64,000 nt of DNA, from positions 1 through 64,000 of the forward strand of contig RHPI01003124.1 in assembly GCA_009103225.1 (NCBI GenBank). The letters are read 5' to 3'. The notes under the pieces are model-generated. The model had not been told where the DNA came from. It ran no database searches and worked only from the letters and a program-made list of their open reading frames with translations. The translations under genes were made by a program, and so were the position numbers. Every line of letters starts with the position of its first letter. Within the stretch, counting starts at the first letter, position 1. Positions 9,007-18,100 of the stretch are shown one piece after another. Source of the DNA: Chlorokybus atmophyticus. Its lineage: Eukaryota > Plantae > Mesostigma and Chlorokybus algae.

Positions 9007-11352
9007 TTGCACAGTATAACCGAGTTGCATGTGCGCAGATGTAGCACATATGACGGAGTTGTTGCTGTTAGCGACATTGATGAGGATGATTGCATACAAG
9101 ATGAGTGGGATCCTGCAATGCCAGCATTGGCAATAGACCCTTTGTCCCCACCAGAGGCATACATTGACGTCATTCCACAAGTGAAACGCACTGTTGAAGT
9201 CATACCTGCTGAACAACAATGCAGCGACATTCGCTCCGTATATGCGGAGCTGTCACAGGTGACAAATGGTTTGGAAGAATGTCCCACCTCAGCAATGCAA
9301 TGGGCAGAACAACTACGCGCAGACACTTTGGATGCGGACAACTTTGTGGCAGCTTCTTTGCAGCAGCGGATAACCGCTTGGGCCACCTGGTTGCGACTGA
9401 CCATGCAAGGCAAGAAGAGCTTTGTGCTTGATTGGTTGCGTGACGGGTATCGCTTACAATGGGTAGGCACTCAAGCATCTAATACACGCAAGTGGGACGA
9501 AGTGCAAGCACTGTTGAAGGCCGAAGGCTTTGGAGATAATGATATTACAGCCATGCTGTCACGCAATTCTCCTACACCAGTTGTGTTTCGAAATCGCAAG
9601 TCCGCTTCCATACATGGCAGTTATGTTGTCAGTGAATTGGCCAACTTGGTGAAAACAGGAGCAATTTCTGTTGTTGATGCCAGTGATGTGGCAGTAGTCA
9701 CTGGCATAGGTGTGGTGGAACAAGAAAAGCGTTTGAGGCTCATTATGGACCTGAGATACATCAACCTCTTTTTGAGCCACATTCCCTTCAGATATGAGCG
9801 GTTGCGCGATGTGTTGTTATACACCAAGCGTCATTTCTGGCAAGTTACCGCAGATCTCAAGTCAGGCTATCATCATGTGCCCATTCACAAAGACAGTAAG
9901 CCTTACTTGGCACTGCGCTTTGCTGGGGTCACCTACAGGTGGAATGTACTGCCGTTTGGCCTGAATCAAGCCTGCTGGCTGTTTACAACCTTGATGTCGA
10001 CTGTGTTCACGCCTTTGCGGGCAATGGGTTTTCCCTGCCTTGCTTATATTGACGACATGCACTTCAGCCATTCCAATCGTTGGCATTTGTGTTGGCGCAT
10101 TCGCCGCGTGCTGCGTCTTTGGAAGTTGCTTGGGATATTTGTCTCTGTGAAGAAAAGCCAATTGTGGCCAGAGCAAGTTGTGCAGTTGTTGGGTCTGCTG
10201 GTGGACACGGTCACTGGCTCTTTTGTCATACCCGCCAACAAGCTGGCGAAGATATTGCAGTTAATGAAGGACATCACGCACGCGCCTGTACTGACCAAGC
10301 GTCACTTCGCACGCATTGCTGGCAAACTCATTGCGTTGAAGCTCGCATTTGCACCTGCAAGCATTTATGCTCGCCACCTGATGGGTCTGGCATTGGCCAC
10401 AGATGCATGGGATGACAGCATCGGTGATTTGAGCGCCTTCAGACAGTTTTGTGATTGGACTGCTGCGGGCTTGCAGACCTACAATGGCAATGCTTGGTGG
10501 AAGCCCCCTGTGCAGCTTGAGCTACATGTGGATGCATCCGGTACAATTGGTTGGGGGGCGACAGGACCTTGGCCTCGCATGGCAGGCAACTTCAAGCCTG
10601 AGCATATGACACTGCCTTCAGCGGTTAAGGAGGCACTAGCCTATGTGCAAGCATTTACCGAGGTTGCGCGCGCGTTTCATCTCCAGCACTGTACAGTGCG
10701 CATTATTGGCGATTGTCAACCAGCTATACAGATGTTGAACAAGCTGTCTGCATCAGACCCTCACGTGCTGCAGGGCTTACATCAATTATGGTCCTTGTGC
10801 TGGGAGCGTGACATAGCGCTGACATGTGTGTGGCGCTCTCGCGATGCGCTGCGCGATGCGGACGCATTGTCCAAGTTTGTGGATAGAGGGGACTGGTGTC
10901 TAACAGCAGATGCAACTGCGCATGTGCAGCAACATGTTGGACAACCGGCGTTGGATTGTTTTGCAGCCGATTGGAACAGCAAAACACCCGCTTATTTCAG
11001 CTACATACACATGCCTGGAAGTTTGGGAAATGCTCTAACTACAAATTGGCGTGACGTTCTTCAACGCTTGGGTGGCGGCTTTGTTTGGTGTCACCCGCCA
11101 TTGGCTCTCCTGCATGAAGCCATAGCATTATTGCAGTACTATCAGCTACCAGCTGTGGTGTTGGTGCCTGAATGGCACTCTGCTGTGTGGTGGCCAGTAT
11201 TTCACAATTGGCAATTCAGTTATATTGAGAGGTTGGGCTCAAGACCTGAGTGGTTTCAAAGGGGTGCGCGAGTACCCGCAAACAGCATCAACCCTGGACG
11301 CTACCCATACATTTGTGCTTTTGTGCACTGGGTAAGCATACCTCTCATGTAG
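9007..11352 (+). CDS. Pol: reverse transcriptase, RNase H and DNA adenine methyltransferase-like domain
   Basis: RT motifs KLRLIMDLRYIN, DLKSGYHHV, LPFGL, AYIDDM; RNase H HVDAS..., KEALA, GDCQ, ADALSK; MT-like ALDCFAADWN...WCHPPL...VPEW; 781 codons with no internal stop and no ATG near the 5' end. Confidence 0.95.
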   Translation: MHSITELHVRRCSTYDGVVAVSDIDEDDCIQDEWDPAMPALAIDPLSPPEAYIDVIPQVKRTVEVIPAEQQCSDIRSVYAELSQVTNGLEECPTSAMQWAEQLRADTLDADNFVAASLQQRITAWATWLRLTMQGKKSFVLDWLRDGYRLQWVGTQASNTRKWDEVQALLKAEGFGDNDITAMLSRNSPTPVVFRNRKSASIHGSYVVSELANLVKTGAISVVDASDVAVVTGIGVVEQEKRLRLIMDLRYINLFLSHIPFRYERLRDVLLYTKRHFWQVTADLKSGYHHVPIHKDSKPYLALRFAGVTYRWNVLPFGLNQACWLFTTLMSTVFTPLRAMGFPCLAYIDDMHFSHSNRWHLCWRIRRVLRLWKLLGIFVSVKKSQLWPEQVVQLLGLLVDTVTGSFVIPANKLAKILQLMKDITHAPVLTKRHFARIAGKLIALKLAFAPASIYARHLMGLALATDAWDDSIGDLSAFRQFCDWTAAGLQTYNGNAWWKPPVQLELHVDASGTIGWGATGPWPRMAGNFKPEHMTLPSAVKEALAYVQAFTEVARAFHLQHCTVRIIGDCQPAIQMLNKLSASDPHVLQGLHQLWSLCWERDIALTCVWRSRDALRDADALSKFVDRGDWCLTADATAHVQQHVGQPALDCFAADWNSKTPAYFSYIHMPGSLGNALTTNWRDVLQRLGGGFVWCHPPLALLHEAIALLQYYQLPAVVLVPEWHSAVWWPVFHNWQFSYIERLGSRPEWFQRGARVPANSINPGRYPYICAFVHWVSIPLM

Positions 11353-12516
11353 ATAACGATGCATGATAACAGGACTTCTCCATGTGCCTTGAGCTTGTAT
11401 TTCTTCCAGGGTGACACCGGCATGAAAGGCACTCTGTGCAGCACCACGCCGAAAGGAATGCAACCCCAGGTGCGGCCTATAAATGCCACATGCCTTGCAG
11501 CAACGCACGAAGGCATGATAAGCACAATTGCCTGACATGCAGTGTTCTTCCCACTTCAACCTATTCTTTGAAACAGGTCGGAATAAAGGACCGGCAGTGA
11601 TGGCAAAGGAGCTGTTGCGACAATAGGTCAGATAGGCGTAGAGCACTTCAGAGAACTCCACAGGGAGACCACTGCTACGCACTTGTATAGTAGGTGCACC
11701 TCCCGTGCAGTAATTTTTCAGATGTGTTAAAGTGGCCGCTAGCCCTGAGCTTGAATCAGCCGCTTGTATCTCGTGCATTTGCAAACGCGCACCTTCACCA
11801 CCCCGCTGCCATGTGCACCACAGGTATATGCATAATGTGTAGTCGCGCCAGAGCACAGCCTTGTCATGTGTGACAGTAGATGGCTGAGGTATGGTAGACA
11901 GCTGTTGCTGGAAGTGGTAGATCAGCGTGCGCATGTCATCCATCGCCAGTGGTACAGCAGCAATAGGTTGCACGCCTTGCCGAGCAGCAATCTTCGCATA
12001 CCCTTGGCGAAACTCGCGCACGTCTACAGACAGAAGCGGGTTGCCGACAGACCTGTCGCTGTCCCAAGGGCTGATGCGTCCCAGCAATCTGAAGGAGCAT
12101 GTGAGATGGGAAATGACATTGTCCAGTGTGGTGCTAGCGATCATGCGATGGCCATGGCGGTCAAGCCTGCGAGCTTTGCCAATGTGTGTGTCGGTCCAGT
12201 GCCCAGCAAGGTAGCTTGTGACGACTGCCGTGGTGACGTTGGCAACAGCAATACTCAGCTCAGGATGTTCAAGATAGTTGACAAACTCTTGCCACACGCG
12301 ATTACGTTGATTACGAGTCTCATCGCAGACAGCTTCACGGCTGATGCGCTCCACGTCTATCAGCGCTGCCGCAGCTCGCTCACACAGATTACAACTGGTT
12401 ATTGGTTGAGGACGAATTGCTGCGCGTGCGGTGCGTTGCACATCAGCGGTTTGCTGCAACCGCTGTGCAAAATCCATCTGCGGACACAGAGAAACCATTA
12501 CTCGACTGCTGAACAC
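11239..12516 (-). CDS. Tyrosine recombinase of the retrotransposon (antisense to pol)
   Basis: Catalytic motifs WQRGGE (R), LKN (K), HSFRRGAA (HxxR), GTW (W), MHRY (Y); intact 425-codon ORF; true start may be a downstream ATG (MVSLC or MDFAQ). Confidence 0.93.
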   Translation of the reverse strand: MFSSRVMVSLCPQMDFAQRLQQTADVQRTARAAIRPQPITSCNLCERAAAALIDVERISREAVCDETRNQRNRVWQEFVNYLEHPELSIAVANVTTAVVTSYLAGHWTDTHIGKARRLDRHGHRMIASTTLDNVISHLTCSFRLLGRISPWDSDRSVGNPLLSVDVREFRQGYAKIAARQGVQPIAAVPLAMDDMRTLIYHFQQQLSTIPQPSTVTHDKAVLWRDYTLCIYLWCTWQRGGEGARLQMHEIQAADSSSGLAATLTHLKNYCTGGAPTIQVRSSGLPVEFSEVLYAYLTYCRNSSFAITAGPLFRPVSKNRLKWEEHCMSGNCAYHAFVRCCKACGIYRPHLGLHSFRRGAAQSAFHAGVTLEEIQAQGTWRSPVIMHRYLHERYAYPVHKSTNVWVASRVDAVCGYSRTPLKPLRS

Positions 12517-12607
12517 AATGACCTTGACTGTTACTTTGGCAAGAAACTATACCAAGCTCTACACCTATAACCCTTACCTACTAATGTATGCTTGGAAGGG
12601 TGCGGTA

Positions 12608-12774
12608 GAATGTTTGATGCATCTACAGTTGTTCATCGTGTAAACCACAACTATAACGATGAATGCGTTGCATCGTAGGGCTTAGGTGTTCTTGCCAAAG
12701 TTGGACTGTAGGTAGGATTGTTGTTTGCGACAAAAGGAATGTAAATCGCTCATCGTGTGCAAAGTAGTATAATG
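12608..12774 (+). repeat. Split direct repeat B1 (copy B2 at 13187-13353)
   Basis: Direct comparison: identical over 167 bp. Confidence 0.97.
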
Positions 12775-15101
12775 GTCATTACTCGTTGAGGCTGACTATT
12801 GGTCAGCTAGATTGAAATAACAAACTGTTAACCATTTAATTAGTACTAGTTGTTAGCGCTAGGGTTAATTGACACACACACGTGTCAACTTACTGTTCAG
12901 TCGCGGCCGTCACCTCAGCGGCGTCGCTGGCGGCGGCGCTGACGGCCGAAAGTTCGCCCTTCCCGCCCCACCCTGTTGCGCCACTGCGCCGGACACATGC
13001 GCCCAGTCTCGATTGCGCTGGTCAGTGCGTACGCAATTGGTCATCAAACTGAGCTGATTGTGAATCCGAATGCGTTCATGACATGTAACGAAGATCCGGG
13101 TCATGTGAACAGCGTTTATCACCGTACGTTGGTGTCGTTACATCGACGATGATACGCGTCATTATCAACCACCGTCGGTTCGTCCCGAATGTTTGATGCA
13201 TCTACAGTTGTTCATCGTGTAAACCACAACTATAACGATGAATGCGTTGCATCGTAGGGCTTAGGTGTTCTTGCCAAAGTTGGACTGTAGGTAGGATTGT
13301 TGTTTGCGACAAAAGGAATGTAAATCGCTCATCGTGTGCAAAGTAGTATAATGCAAAATGCTCGGAGTTAGGGACCTAGAGACACGCCGCGGCATGCAAC
13401 GCATACTTTACCGCCAATCACGTCGTGGCACCGCTTCGGTGGCGCGCCAAAACCGTGCCAGAAAACCGCGTCTGACCACATGGCGGCTCCGTACACAGGA
13501 CCCCAAAATCGCTTTATGTAAAAGTGTCGCATGTACAGCACCTGACTGGTAGACGCTGTGGTTGAAGCACAGCCTGAGGTTCTGAGGCAGCCTGCGATTG
13601 CATGGAAGCAGGTTACATAACTCTGTACCGTGCACCGGCCAAGTGTACCGACAGGGGGGGGCGCAGATAGCTGTACGTACCTACTTGTATGCAAGTACTA
13701 CGCAGTACACTTTGGTGGATAAGCACGAGAAGGTTGCGCCCATTCTCTATTGTTTTTCAGCCATGCTTTTCCACATGCACAGTCCTCATGATGAAATGAT
13801 GCCTTGCATTATGCTTGGTATGCAAGTTGCCTAGCATGGTATGCTTGACAGTGTCAATGACTCTACGGCTAGGAAAGGCCTTTGGCAAATGGGGTTTATC
13901 TCAAATGCAAAGCAGGTTATGGGTCGTAAGTTCTGACTCATCACCTGATAAAACATTTGCCTTGTACGCATGGTATCAAGGCCCTTGGAATCCCCTTGCT
14001 CAAGTACGCATTACCATAGCAAGCCATACAGGATATCCTGCAAGACAAGCACGTGCAAAGCTGTCGTGAGCGATAACTACGCAGTGTCCAAAAGTCGCGC
14101 GCTGGCGCTTCATTACGTAACTTGTTGGTACTTTTGCCGCCAGAACGAAGCGCGTGATCAGCAACACTAGTTGACTACATCCAAAGACAAGAACGCTACA
14201 TCACCAGTTCTTAGCCGATCACTGCACAGACTGAAGCCGGTCACTTTGTCGGCCTTCTGCCGGCCACCTGGAAACAGCATTTGGCACTTGGCGGCTGCCT
14301 GACCGCATGAGCACAAAGGTTTTGCAAACAGTACGGCACGCAGGCAATCAGCAGCAGCGGCGTAGGTCACTGGTCTTGTGGAACCCATTGGTTTCCCACT
14401 CTCAGCGGCATTGTCGAGGTCAGAAACAGTGTCAGTGCGTAAAGGCCGCGCATGCACACGGCCGGTTGCCACTGCCGCGGACGGCGGTAAGACGGCAGGA
14501 GGACGACCACAACAACGTCCAAGACGACGACGTCGCCGACCAAGCTTCTTGCCGGCAGCTGTCGCTATCACCTTTTATCTAAGCAGCAAAATTCGCTGGC
14601 AACGCTTTGTTTATCAGGCGTTGTTCGTATCTTTCTGTCCAGCTCCGTACTTGCTTACCAAGTAGTCTAGCAAGCTGGAGGTTGAGCTTGATGTGACAAG
14701 CAGCGTGTCGATGGGTATATGCTACTGAGCTGCAACGTTATCTTGAGGTAGTTTGGTAGCTTGTTGCTAACACCTGAAGCTGAGGCGGCAATGGCTGCCG
14801 GCGGAAGCTGTCGGCTGCTGGCCATGGGCAGGAGCTCCGCATGCCTGCTGCTGTTGAGCTTCTGCTTGCTGCTGTCGTGGGCGGCGGAGCCGTCCGCTGC
14901 CGCACCAAGTATGTTTGCAATGTGGTTGCAATTTAATGCTTGCTAATTGTCCAAGCTGGCTTGCAAGTTCTGGCCGCAATTAGCATGCAATCTATGCGCG
15001 CCGTTGTTTTGCCAGTTTCCTCTTTGTTTGGTTCTCAACAATGCATGCACCGGTTTGTGTCCGTCAACAGGTATGCATGTTAGCGGTGTACTTCAATAAG
15101 C

Positions 15102-18100
15102 ATGGCTGTTGGAGGTCATCTTGCTCACCAAGTCAGCTGCCACTGCTACCCATCTATCTTGTCAAACTACAGCCCAAGTTGTTGTATCAACACCGGGCAG
15201 CGTCGCACATTGCATGCTAGGATTGTTGCGGCAGCTAACAGCACATATTGCACACATATTGTCGATCAACCTGCGGCTGTGATGGTGACGTCGCTGGTTC
15301 CCTTGCTGCAGAGATAAAGGCAAGAGTCAGCGCTCAACTGACCATGAATGTCAAGCAGGTACACTCAAATGTAGCGGAGGCCTTCAGCTTGTTGCTGAGC
15401 ATCATGCGGCGGGGCGCGGTCGACAGCTTGCGGACCTGCCGGCCATTCATCGGCATGGGCTTGGAGACTTGCACGTTGTGATTAATGCACTTGCATATGA
15501 AGATGCTGAAGCCCTGCTTGTTGAGTTGGAACCTTTGGGCTTCGAGTTGTCTGGAAGGTCAGCGCATGGTGGTGTATTACAGCGTTTCTTTCTGTTCTTG
15601 CACCCAAGTCATCCTGCAACCTTGACTGTCCGACAGCTTGCGGACCTGCCGGCCATTCATCGGCACGGGCTTGGAGACTTGCACGTTGTGTTTAATGCAC
15701 TTGCAGTATGGTGCATGAGCACCCGTCGAGTTAGTGTTAATGATGACGATGATGATGATGTTGATGGAGTGGTTTGTTCTTCTTTGTTTAGGCATGGTCT
15801 GTTGTTGAGTGGCATATTGCCAAAAGGAGCCATCAGTGCTTTGGAGGACTTGGAGCAGTTGCGGCATGCGGACCGGTCGTATCCGGCTGCACGAGCAATG
15901 GGTATTGCGGCAACAGCTGGCGACCAGGCAATATATACAGACGTGCTCCGCCAGGCTTACAACACCACAGGTACAGTTAGTTGTCAGATCAACCTTCCGC
16001 TACTGATTATCCTCGTATAGCTGGCCGTCTCACAGTTTTGTCTCTCAGGAACGGGAGCCAAGATTGCCATCATCAGTGACGCCTTCAACTCACAGAATGG
16101 GCTTGCCGCGGTCAGTGCATAGAGTTCCTAGCAAGTCTCACAACGTTCCTCAAAGCAACAACAGTGTACACGTTGTGACAAATGTCATCTCACACTGTTG
16201 TTGTGCCTACCAGGACATGTTCACGGGAGACATGCCCAGTGGAAGCAATTCAGTGGTTGTTCTCAGGGAGCTGTCACAAGTGCTGCAGGGACGCGATGAG
16301 GGGCGTGCAATGCTTCAGGTATGTGCGTCTCCTGCTCATGCAACTGGTTCCATTGTGCTGCATACTGCTCTCGCCATGCTATCCACGAGCATGGTTTTAT
16401 TCGATGTTGCTTTCTTACTTGGCTTTGCAGATTGTATATGATGTGGCCCCTGGGGCGACGCTATACTTTTTAAGTGGCTTTGCGGGTGCGGCCAGCATTG
16501 TGAGTGGGTTGCCTGCAATCTATGCGGCAGGAATTGATATCATCGTCGATGATCTTGGGTTTTATGAGGTACGATTGCGTATGCCATACCGGCGTAAAAT
16601 GGGCTTGAAGAGTACTTGCGTGCACATTTACATGGTGATGCTTGCTGTTGTGTGCGTTTGTGCCAAGTCCTATGTCCATTCAGGAACCATTCTTTATGGA
16701 CGGAGTACTGGCACAAGCTGTCGACCAGGCCTTTGCGACAGGTCTCATGTGGTTTTCTGCGGCTGGTAACGATGCAGGTACGACTGGAATTGCACTGCAA
16801 CCCACTCTACCTTGTGGTGCTTGTTTCAATGTGTGTTTTGGCAAAGCTTATCGAGTGGCTTGTATGGGGCGATAGATAATTCTTGGGAGGTCAGCTGTCC
16901 CAGTGGCTGCTCCTTCACGGGCCCAGGCAACTCTTTCGCCTTCAGTCGTGGTGTGTATCGACAAGAGATTTCCATTTGTTACTTTTGCACTGTCACCTTC
17001 GTGTTTCAGGTATGTGAGAGCGCTCATGTATCTCTTGTAACAGTGTTGCTGGGTCATGCAGTAGCGTTGTAGTTGACATGCATTCTAGTGGTTGATGGTC
17101 ATGCTTCGGCCTGCTCAAGAATCCATGTAGTGTGATAGCATTCAGGCTCATATACGGAACAATACATCAATAACCACACCTGTGCAGTGGGATGAGCCAT
17201 TTGCTTCTGCCACCAATGGTGTAGTTGGATCGTCCAGTGATCTTGACATTGCCTTGTACAGCGGGACTGGGGTGAGCATTTGGCTGCTGTATCTCCCGTG
17301 CATCAATGTATCTTCCCTTTCCTCTTCTGCAATGTCAATACACACAAATGTTTAGTGCGTCTGAATTGACACCATGCTATAGGTTCTGCTTGCAAGCAGC
17401 CGCGAGGACAACATCAAGTCGGGAAATGCCTTTGAAGTGCTCACATACACCTGCTCTCCTGATGTGGAGGTGCCATGCTTGGGTTACCTGGAGTTCATTC
17501 TCACCAGGGGAAGCCCGCCCAAGAGAATGAAGTATCTTCTAGTGGTAAGCCAATCTGTACACTGCACAGCCTTGTTGCACAGGGCAATAGTCGCCAATTG
17601 TGCTACAATGGTACGTTGCAGAAGTGCAATGACGTTGGTCAGTACGATTAAACTGCTGGCAAGCCTGTAAGTTTGGGAAGCGTGCAGACTGTCTGTGATG
17701 TCTGCAGTCATCTGGCGTTGGCGTGTCAGGCCCCACCAACCGTGCCAACTACGGTGCTGGCACCATTTATGGGCACCCGAACTCGCTTGGAGCCATTGCT
17801 GTAGGTGCTGCGGATTACAAGGATACCCAAGCCTTCGGCACTTGTCCACCCGTGAAGGCGAGCTTTTCCAGGTGCGGACGGTTCACTAGGGCTGATGCAA
17901 CCTGCAATGAGTGCCATTAACACTGTATGCAGTGTTGGAGGCGTGCCCATCCTCTTCAGCAAAAATGGCACAAGACTTGCAAGACCCGAAATACGACTCA
18001 AGCCCGATGTGATTGGACCAAGCGGTGCAGACGTATCCTTCTTTTCTATTGGCGTGACAGCTGACATACTGAAACCCTGCACTCTCCCGAACTTCATCGG

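Larger units (their letters stand above)
7041..13353 (+). mobile_element. Full-length tyrosine-recombinase (DIRS order, PAT/kangaroo-like) retrotransposon with split direct repeats
   Basis: A1 7041-7226 = A2 12772-12957 (186 bp, 1 mismatch); B1 12608-12774 = B2 13187-13353 (167 bp, identical); internal B1-A2 junction shares ATG; encodes gag-like, RT-RNaseH-MT and an antisense YR ORF; no target-site duplication. Confidence 0.95.

Noticed and set aside
7446-12570. Numerous overlapping antisense or alternate-frame ORFs in the track (e.g. 7504-7908, 11866-12570, and similar over ValRS, TPC and PPI1)
   Set aside because: They are shadows of real coding frames in GC-rich sequence and carry no independent motifs.
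14167-14571. GRF zinc-finger-like ORF (PLCSCG...PGGR...C)
   Set aside because: Spacing and conserved aromatic residues do not fit well; no supporting exons or context.
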